Origin: Candidatus Azophilus sp.
GTDB taxonomy: Bacteria; Pseudomonadota; Gammaproteobacteria; Pseudomonadales; Azotimanducaceae
Direction: 5' to 3'
NCBI GenBank assembly: GCA_965221755.1
Contig: OZ244921.1
Span: 2,706,334 to 2,770,333, forward strand
DNA length: 64,000 nt
Positions 9,421 through 16,617 of the stretch are shown here, piece by piece (within the stretch, counting starts at the first letter, position 1; every line of letters starts with the position of its first letter). The position numbers were made by a program, and so were the translations under genes. The notes beneath the pieces are model-generated. The model ran no database searches. It was not told the origin of the DNA and saw nothing but the letters and a program-made list of their open reading frames with translations.

Positions 9421-9983
9421 GAGCGGATTTGCAGCCGCGAATTCCTGCGGCGCAGGCTCCTAAGACCATTTTATTGTCGGGCTCGGGGGTCTGGTGTGGC
9501 GACGGGCATGGCGGAGGCTGAGGCAGCCCAAGCCACCCTTGCGCCGGTTTAGACTGCCACGCAGAATCGCTCGGAACTGACGGACCACGGCCGCCGGGTG
9601 GGGTGCGCGGGCTTGATGATGCCGTCGCGCCCTGTGATGGCACGTCTCGTAGTCGCCAAACCATCTACCCCCTCGACGGGCGAGACGATCATCGCGCGCC
9701 AAGCGATTGGCGCACGCTGCCTCCAATACTCCCGGAAAAGGGGGGCGGGAAATGGCTTCAGCTGCGAGCGAGAGCGGAGGCGGGCCTACGGGGTTTGCCT
9801 TATGAGCATAGGTCACTTTGCGGGCGGATATCGCAATTTAACTCACCTGATATGCTGGCTTACTTCCCTCAGAATAGTTCGCACCCTCATACTCGGCAGT
9901 AAATTTAGCACTTTCTGTGGTTCCGATGTGCATTAGACGGATAGAGGGCTTGCGCCAAGCCCGTTTCTCAGGAGGGTTATCTA

Positions 9984-9998
9984 CCCCCCCCCCCCCCC
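9984..9998. repeat. C15 (G15 on minus strand) homopolymer
   Basis: Counted directly: 7 C at 9984-9990 plus 8 C at 9991-9998. Confidence 0.95.
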
Positions 9999-10275
9999 GA
10001 TTTCGGGCTCGGTCGGATTTGCCAAGCCCTCCGGCGGGGAATTAAGCTTCACTTTGGCCATTAGGTTGCTCCTTTTTCTAGCAGCAGAACGGTTCGCTTG
10101 CCGCAGCAAACTATTATAAAACCACACTATTGTCCCAAAGAAAAGCCGAACTGACAACTGGCTCAGTTCCTGTATAACGATCTCTCTGGGAAAGCCGCCG
10201 CCGGACGCGCCTGCCAAGCGCAGGCTGAGGGTGGACGAGCTGAAAGGAGTGCCCTCTGATTTCTGGTCACACTTG

Positions 10276-10328
10276 CGGAATAAGAGCGAATAAGCTCGGA
10301 ATAAGAGCGAATAAGCTCGGAATAAGAC
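10276..10328. repeat. 21-bp tandem repeat x2.5 (five GAATAAG cores at ~10.5-bp spacing)
   Basis: CGGAATAAGAGCGAATAAGCT at 10276 and 10297, with a partial copy at 10318. It lies 14 nt downstream of the stop of the last operon gene. Confidence 0.9.
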
Positions 10329-10341
10329 GGGCGACCGTCGT

Positions 10342-11736
10342 TTACGTGGCCTTCCAGCGCGCTCCCCGGCCATGTCCGGTCGCTCGCGCCAGACCGGTGG
10401 CCCTCAGGGCAGCCAAACACCGGCGAAGCTGAGAATCGCTTAGCTGCCCATCCAGCAGCGATCGAATTTCGCGCAATGCCAACCCACCACCGGAGTGACG
10501 CAGCAACGCCAAAACCTCATCTTGCCGCTCTGAGAGTCCGGCACCAGCTTGCCGAACGAACGACGCATCCTTGCGTCGAAACCGGACCGTTACGCAGTCG
10601 CCACGCTCCTCGATTTCAGGGCGCGGCAAACCCATTGAGGTTGCCACGTTAGCCATCCTGATCGTGCCCCTGCCCCATTCCTCGATGATGCCCCGCCGGT
10701 AGAAGGTGCGGGCGATCAGAGGATTCCATGGCCTTGATTCGTGCGGCCCGAACAGGTCATCCGGAGTCAACCCGAAGTGCAGCGGGCCGGTGGAGGTCAC
10801 TTCCAGGCGGTCGTCGTAGATGGCGAGACCGATGGAGCCGCCGCCCAGGGCGTAGTCGCGGTGGCACAGCGCATTCGCGAGCGCCTCGCGTGTCGCCAGT
10901 GGCGGGTATAGCGGCTCGTCTATGCGCTGCATGCGGCCCGACTCGAAGCGGCTCGCAATCGGCAACGTATCGCGGAGAAAACGCTCGGCGCTCGCAAGGA
11001 GCACGAAAGCGTTGCCATTGAATTGCCGGTTGTCCAGGAATTCGGATCGGTCAAGCCCACGAAAGCGCGCCACGCGAAGCAGGCATTGAGGCATATCGGA
11101 TTCGAGACGCTCGCGCTTGCCGAACAATGCTGCCGCAGCCCTGAACAGGACTCCGCCGCGCATCAGCCCCAAGCCACGCAGCAAATCCTCCGGTTCCCGG
11201 GTTCCTGGCTCGTCGAGGCGGCCGATGCGAACGGCCTCCGCGATGGTGTTGCGAATCTCGGCAAGATCGAGATCGTCCACGGTCCATCCGACGGCCGGCT
11301 GGTTTTCCCAGCGCTGCTCGGCGTGCATGCGCTCGAAGAGCATGCGGTTGTGCTCAGCGGACGACATGCTCCGGGTCGTGTTGCCGACACGCCGATAGGC
11401 GACATTTCGGTACTGGTAAGGCGGCGAAGACCCGGGGGCTATGCGAACCGCGATCACCTCGCGATTCGCGGACACTTGAATGCGTTCGATCTCCGGAAAC
11501 GCGGGTGGGTCGATGCGTTGGAACTCGGCGCTGACATCCTCGATCGTGCGATCGCCGATACTTTGGCCGACAACGGCTCCTTGAGGAGTAACGCCGAACA
11601 GCACATGGCCGCCGCGCTGGTTGAGCATCGCGCACACGGTCGCCGCGGCTTCACGTCGAGTTCCGGTAGTGGCCTTGAACTCCAGCGTTTCGGACTCGCC
11701 CAATGCGACAAGCGCCTTGATTTGATCGAGCGTCAT
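10342..11736 (-). CDS. AlbA_2 (Schlafen-like) / HATPase_c_4-type ATP-binding protein with C-terminal wHTH
   Basis: N-terminus LVALGESETLEFKATTGTRREAAATVCAMLNQRGGHVLFGV is the classic AlbA_2 'divergent AAA' start. The C-terminus LSERQDEVLALLRHSGGGLALREIRSLL is wHTH-like. The ATG overlaps the upstream stop (ATGA, 11733-11736). Confidence 0.75.
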   Translation of the reverse strand: MTLDQIKALVALGESETLEFKATTGTRREAAATVCAMLNQRGGHVLFGVTPQGAVVGQSIGDRTIEDVSAEFQRIDPPAFPEIERIQVSANREVIAVRIAPGSSPPYQYRNVAYRRVGNTTRSMSSAEHNRMLFERMHAEQRWENQPAVGWTVDDLDLAEIRNTIAEAVRIGRLDEPGTREPEDLLRGLGLMRGGVLFRAAAALFGKRERLESDMPQCLLRVARFRGLDRSEFLDNRQFNGNAFVLLASAERFLRDTLPIASRFESGRMQRIDEPLYPPLATREALANALCHRDYALGGGSIGLAIYDDRLEVTSTGPLHFGLTPDDLFGPHESRPWNPLIARTFYRRGIIEEWGRGTIRMANVATSMGLPRPEIEERGDCVTVRFRRKDASFVRQAGAGLSERQDEVLALLRHSGGGLALREIRSLLDGQLSDSQLRRCLAALRATGLARATGHGRGARWKAT

Positions 11737-12407
11737 TCGTGCGACTCTGCCGTGAGATCCGGGGCGACTCCCTGCTCCAGCGTGTCGAACGCCCGAAGCA
11801 CGAGGCGCTTAGTGCGGTACTCGCCGAAATTTTTCAATTCGTATTGCTTCAGCGATGGGAACGACGAGCCTGGCGGAGTCGCGTCCAGAATCCATTCCAA
11901 GTCAGGGCGGCTGAGCCCGTACATGTGGGCAAAGATCGCGTCGAGTTCCGATTGCAGGCAATGGCGGCGTTGCTCGTTCCATGGGAAAGGCGGTCCCTCG
12001 TAACCGATGTCTCGGGCAAATCCGGTTAACTCCTCCGATGCGTAGGATAATTGTAACGTCCGGGGAACGATCAACTCGACGTAGGGCCTGCCGCAGGCGC
12101 TGTTTTTCAGATACTCGTCCGGCGGCAATACGGGCATCTGTTTGAGAATGAAGACACTCATGTGGACGCCGCCGACGGAGAACCGAGCCGCCCAATCGAG
12201 CGGGAGGCTGTTCATGTTTGTCGAAACGAGTGCAGATGCGATAGTGCGACCGTGCTCGTAGTCGATTATCGGAGCGGTATGCCCGATGCCGCTCCGGGGC
12301 AGGTTGCCCGTGACAAGAGTTCGTTCGTTCGTGGCATTGGTAATGTCGCGAAACGCTTGAATCCATGTCGGGGAATCGCTTCGCGCGAGTGGTCGGCTGG
12401 CGATCAT
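11733..12407 (-). CDS. stand-alone paralogue of the methyltransferase C-terminal module
   Basis: The 224-aa protein aligns by eye to residues ~1198-1390 of the 1403-aa MTase. Shared blocks: ERTL(V/I)T, PRSG, GG(V/T), I(L/I)KQ(M/L)P(V/I)L, IVPR(T/V)L(Q/E)L(S/T)Y, PFPW, GE(Y/F)RTKR. There are ATGA overlaps at both ends. Confidence 0.75.
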   Translation of the reverse strand: MIASRPLARSDSPTWIQAFRDITNATNERTLVTGNLPRSGIGHTAPIIDYEHGRTIASALVSTNMNSLPLDWAARFSVGGVHMSVFILKQMPVLPPDEYLKNSACGRPYVELIVPRTLQLSYASEELTGFARDIGYEGPPFPWNEQRRHCLQSELDAIFAHMYGLSRPDLEWILDATPPGSSFPSLKQYELKNFGEYRTKRLVLRAFDTLEQGVAPDLTAESHE

Positions 12408-15400
12408 AATGAGAGCCCCGGTGACCGGGTCAGGCGGAGTGGGTATGCATTGCCGGTCATGCCGGCAGCCATCATCTCGTCGTATATCTCCAGGATCTCG
12501 CGTTTGGTACGAAATTCGCCGTAGTCACGCTCGTCATCCCGTTTCACGATGGGAAAGGTCTCCAGGATGTAGTCCACATCGTCGCGGTCCATGCCATAGA
12601 GGCGGAACAACGCTGCGTCGATCTCGCACCTCAACCGAAACCGGCGGTCCTCGCTCCACGGAAACGGTTGCTCCTCGTACCCGAGATGCTCCGCGAAGTC
12701 CTGCAACTCCGACGAAGTGTAGGTAAGCTCAAGCACGCGCGGCACAATGAAATCCGCATACATGCAACCCCATCCCATGTCGTCCTGGAACCGTGCCGGG
12801 TGAAGAATGGGAAGCTGCTTGATGATGAAATAGCTGAGATCGGTGCCGCCAACGGCGGAGCGGGCCGCGAAATCGACCACGAACGAGTTGAGGAGCGCGA
12901 CGATGAGGGGTGCCGCTTCATCGGCCGCAACGCGGAGAAGTGGCGCGCGGTCGCTCATTCCAGACCTCGGGACGGGCGCGGTGATGAGTGTTCTTTCATC
13001 CGTAGCTCTTGCTGTTTTCCGGAACGGTACAATCGCCCGGCGAGCGACACGACCGCACCTTTGCTGCCGAGCCCTGTGGCTGGCATGAGGGAGGAAATCA
13101 GGGTTCTCCGGTCGGTTGATCTCGTAATCAGCCTCAACGCGATCTCCCATCCTCGAGCCCGCAGAGCGCGTTGCGGGCCAGTTTGGCGAGCCGATCGAGT
13201 ATAATTGCTCGGCTCGGCTCGGCTCGGCTCGGCTCGGCTCGGCTCGGCTCGGCTCGGCTCGGCTCGGCTCGGCTATCAATTGTATGGTCGTTCCGGACTT
13301 GTCAAGTCTTTCCGCCACTTTTTCTTCCGGAACCCAGTATCGCGGGATGGCGACCGACTCTGGATCCGCCTTCTCTTCCTTGGTCATCGGTCGGGCCTTG
13401 CCGTTTCGGATGTCGTGCTCGGATACGCCGTCGAACGTGGCGAAGCGGTGGTCGTACTGATGAAACAGCTTGGCTTCGTAGAGCGGCAGATAGCGTTCCT
13501 GTCCTCGCACAAATACGTTGCCGTCCAATTTCCACCCGCTGTCGGCAAGTTCCTGGCGGGTTTTGAATAGCCCCGAATCGTTGGACATATCGAACATTCT
13601 GGAGAACTTCACGCCCCATGGATTCTCTTCCGCCTGCGACCCGCTGCCATCCCTCCAGAACACGCCGGCACGCTCGTACATCTTGCGGGCGATATCCATG
13701 TCGCGCCGGGTGCGGAAGATCGGGCAAGTGCGCGTGTTGGGCTTGAACAGCGAGAAATCATCCACCGACAGCGTGAATCGCCGCTCCGCCTCCTTCAATT
13801 GCTCCGCCTGGTGCAGGAAGAAGGCGAACTCGGCCTGCGGCGCCGGACGGTCCTTGCCGCTCAGCGTGAGCAGGCAGAATTTGATACGACTATCGATGCC
13901 CGGAAAAACCTTCTCCCGGTTCTCGAAATCGAACAGGCTGACGAGCCGCTGGCCGCTGACGATATGGTCGAAGTACGCCTTGGTGGAATGGTCGGTCGCG
14001 ATTCCGGTCGGCACGATCAGTCCGGCGCGGCCTCTTGGATTGAGTAGCTGAAGAAAAGTCTCCGCGAAGACGGCGTAGGTGTTCAGATCGCCCACGCCGG
14101 TGAGCGGAAACCGCCCTCCGGTGCGCGCGAACTGGCTGGCCGCCTCGGCTTCGCGCTTTGCGGTCTGGAACTCCTGGAAGAGCGCCATTTCGGCGGGCGA
14201 TGCGCCATCGCGGTCAAGGTGCCGAATCAGACGGTCCCGCGCGGCCTTGTTGGGCGCGGCCGCAATCTCGGGAGACCGCGAGGCGAAAAACTCCTGTTCC
14301 TGTAGCTTGATGCGCTCCCACGGCGGATTGCCGAGCACGGCATCGAAACCACCGTCCTGCATGATTTCGGCGAAGGCGAGATGCCAGTGGTGGAATCGGT
14401 GGCGGTCCTGCAGGTCCCGCGCAAGCTCATGGACGCCGCGGCGCGGGGGCAGTTCGTCCGCCAGCCGATCCAGATCCTGGGTTTGGGACACGATCTCCAG
14501 CGTTTCCCGCCTCTTCGGCGCGAACCATGCGCCCACGAACAGATCGGCGCGTAGCGTCTCCCGGGCGTGCGTCGCATCGTGCAGGCCCGCCGTCCAGGCT
14601 GCGCGCTTGCGTTCCACGTCGTCGAGCGTGTCTTCGGGCATGGCATCCAGATCCAGACCCGCGACTGCAACTTCCAGCACGGCGTCCTGATCGAACAGGC
14701 CGTGCTGATCCGGTTGGCGGTTGCGTTTCTTGAGATCCAGGCACGCCGCCTTGTCGTCGCCGGTCAGAGGTTTGTAGGCGTCCGCGGGAATGCCGTTCAC
14801 CATGATCTCGGGATCGAGCACGCCGACCAGGCTGTCGCCCTGAAGAATGTGGGAATCGAGGAAAGTGAGCGGTTTGCCGGGCTCCACCGTTTCCATCCAG
14901 AGCGCGGTCTTGCAGAGCTCGACGGCAAGCGGATTGCGGTCCACCCCGTAGATGCAGTGCTGCGCCACCTCGCGCAGGGCATGCTGGCGCGCAGTCTCGT
15001 CGGCGGTGTCGGCGCCGGATTCGATGCGGGCGATTTCGGCGGCGAGACGGCGCGCCGCCGCCAACAGGAAATGTCCCGATCCGCAGGCCGGATCAACGAT
15101 CCTCAAGCCCAGAATGGCGCCGCGCGGATCCTTCGGGTTGGCGGCCAGCACTTGGTCGATAACCGGATCGAGCGTGGACCGGACGAGTTCACCGACCAAG
15201 GCGGGCGGCGTGTAGTAGGAGCCGGTCAGCTTGCGCTCCGATCCCCTGACCCTCTCCTCGTTATCGTCACCGACAAAGGCGAAAACCCAGGGCGAAGCAT
15301 CCACGTCGATGACAGGGTGAAGTTCCAGAAGGCTCTCGTAAACAGACCCCAGTTCCTCGGTGCCCATGTCCCGGTAGTTGACGCGGGCGAGCGCGTTCCC

Positions 15401-16615
15401 GGAGCGGAAGAATGTCAGAGTGCGGATCGCTTCGAGCAAGTGTTCGTTGGCGATGGCCGCCGCATCGAGGTCGGGGCATTGGTCGCTGCGGAACAGACCG
15501 TCGAGAGCGGGAAGGCCGAGGCCCGGAGCGCCGCCGGCGAGTGCGCCGAAGGTGATCTCAAGACCCTGCCAGAGATCGCCGTTGCGGTCGTAGTGACGCC
15601 GCCGAAGTGCCCGCTCACGCAGACGGGAAAGGGCGTAGCCTTGCGAGTAGATGGTGCGCTGCTCGATGGTCGCCTCAGCCGTGTGCAGCAGATCGCGTTC
15701 CTCGGCGGTGAACAGGAAGAGCAGGCGGTAAACGAGCCGAAGAAGCTGCTGGAAGTAACGCTCGGGTGGGAGTGAACCGTTTTCGAGGGCTTCCCGAAGT
15801 TGAACGTTGGCCGGATGCCGCAGGAACCCGTTGCCGAGCCGTCGCAAGGTGTGGGTGACGCCGTCGCGGAGATTTTCCCGGACACGCTCGCCGGTCTCGT
15901 GCGCCTTGGCCCGCCAGGATTCGATGATGCAGCTCGCCGGCCTGCCATCGGACGGTTTCAGGCGGCTCGCATGAGCGGTGAGCCAGAGCGCGGCGAAGTC
16001 CGGGTAGAGCTGCTCCGCGAACATCAGGCCGAGATCGGCTTCGATGTAGGAGGGCCGCGTGAGGCTGGCGTTGTCGCGCAGCAGCCGGAGTTTCGTGCCG
16101 TTGGAAACCATGCCCCAGAGTGCAGTGTCCTCGGCGTTGAGATACTCCTGCATCGTGCCGTGCGCGGCCTGCCGACGGCCGTCCTGGCCGAGTCGGAGGT
16201 CGGCCTTGTCGAGATCGAAATCGTGCGTCACCAGCAGCAAGGGCACGGCGCCGTTGCATGCGCTGTGGGTCAGTTTGAAAACTCGCTCGTCCAGCGTCGC
16301 GCTTCCGGCAGGGGCAAGATCGTCGTACCCGAGCAGCAAACGCAGGAACAGCACGAGCCATTCGTCGACGCCAACCGTGGACGCGAGAAGATCGGTTCGC
16401 GGGCGACGCTCGGCATAGCGGCCGTAAAGATCGTTGCCGATGCGCCAGTACCGCGCCAGCTCCTCCTTGATCGCGAGCGATTGGGACAACCCGTAGTCGG
16501 CGCCGGTCTGGCGCGGCGCCTTCAAGGCAACCACGGTCTGAAGAAACTCGGGCGGCAGGATGCCGCCTTCGATCTTCAGCGAGGTGAACCCACAGCTCTT
16601 TCGGGTGCCCGCCAT
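12404..16615 (-). CDS. large gamma-class N6-adenine DNA methyltransferase (Eco57I/DrmMI-like)
   Basis: 1403 aa. YYTPPALV, motif I VDPACGSGHFLL (508-519), motif IV GNPPWERIK (762-770). Sits between the SNF2 gene and the CTD paralogue. Confidence 0.85.
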   Translation of the reverse strand: MAGTRKSCGFTSLKIEGGILPPEFLQTVVALKAPRQTGADYGLSQSLAIKEELARYWRIGNDLYGRYAERRPRTDLLASTVGVDEWLVLFLRLLLGYDDLAPAGSATLDERVFKLTHSACNGAVPLLLVTHDFDLDKADLRLGQDGRRQAAHGTMQEYLNAEDTALWGMVSNGTKLRLLRDNASLTRPSYIEADLGLMFAEQLYPDFAALWLTAHASRLKPSDGRPASCIIESWRAKAHETGERVRENLRDGVTHTLRRLGNGFLRHPANVQLREALENGSLPPERYFQQLLRLVYRLLFLFTAEERDLLHTAEATIEQRTIYSQGYALSRLRERALRRRHYDRNGDLWQGLEITFGALAGGAPGLGLPALDGLFRSDQCPDLDAAAIANEHLLEAIRTLTFFRSGNALARVNYRDMGTEELGSVYESLLELHPVIDVDASPWVFAFVGDDNEERVRGSERKLTGSYYTPPALVGELVRSTLDPVIDQVLAANPKDPRGAILGLRIVDPACGSGHFLLAAARRLAAEIARIESGADTADETARQHALREVAQHCIYGVDRNPLAVELCKTALWMETVEPGKPLTFLDSHILQGDSLVGVLDPEIMVNGIPADAYKPLTGDDKAACLDLKKRNRQPDQHGLFDQDAVLEVAVAGLDLDAMPEDTLDDVERKRAAWTAGLHDATHARETLRADLFVGAWFAPKRRETLEIVSQTQDLDRLADELPPRRGVHELARDLQDRHRFHHWHLAFAEIMQDGGFDAVLGNPPWERIKLQEQEFFASRSPEIAAAPNKAARDRLIRHLDRDGASPAEMALFQEFQTAKREAEAASQFARTGGRFPLTGVGDLNTYAVFAETFLQLLNPRGRAGLIVPTGIATDHSTKAYFDHIVSGQRLVSLFDFENREKVFPGIDSRIKFCLLTLSGKDRPAPQAEFAFFLHQAEQLKEAERRFTLSVDDFSLFKPNTRTCPIFRTRRDMDIARKMYERAGVFWRDGSGSQAEENPWGVKFSRMFDMSNDSGLFKTRQELADSGWKLDGNVFVRGQERYLPLYEAKLFHQYDHRFATFDGVSEHDIRNGKARPMTKEEKADPESVAIPRYWVPEEKVAERLDKSGTTIQLIAEPSRAEPSRAEPSRAEPSRAEQLYSIGSPNWPATRSAGSRMGDRVEADYEINRPENPDFLPHASHRARQQRCGRVARRAIVPFRKTARATDERTLITAPVPRSGMSDRAPLLRVAADEAAPLIVALLNSFVVDFAARSAVGGTDLSYFIIKQLPILHPARFQDDMGWGCMYADFIVPRVLELTYTSSELQDFAEHLGYEEQPFPWSEDRRFRLRCEIDAALFRLYGMDRDDVDYILETFPIVKRDDERDYGEFRTKREILEIYDEMMAAGMTGNAYPLRLTRSPGLSL
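13207..13274. repeat. pentanucleotide SSR (GCTCG)13+GCT inside the methyltransferase ORF
   Basis: Counted directly: 13 full 5-nt units from 13207 plus 3 nt. It is translated as (AEPSR)4AE at residues 1115-1136. Confidence 0.95.
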
Positions 16616-16617
16616 GC

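Noticed and set aside
9981-10373. 130-aa minus-strand ORF across the GAATAAG array and poly-G tract
   Set aside because: It is composed of repeat-derived peptide (LFRAYSLLFRAYSLLF) and low-complexity sequence, and it overlaps the AlbA_2 gene end. Only the short SD-ATG mini-ORF at its 3' end is discussed, as a low-confidence observation.
13171-13570. Plus-strand ORFs translating the SSR as (LGSAR)n
   Set aside because: They are antisense shadows of the methyltransferase ORF created by the repeat itself.
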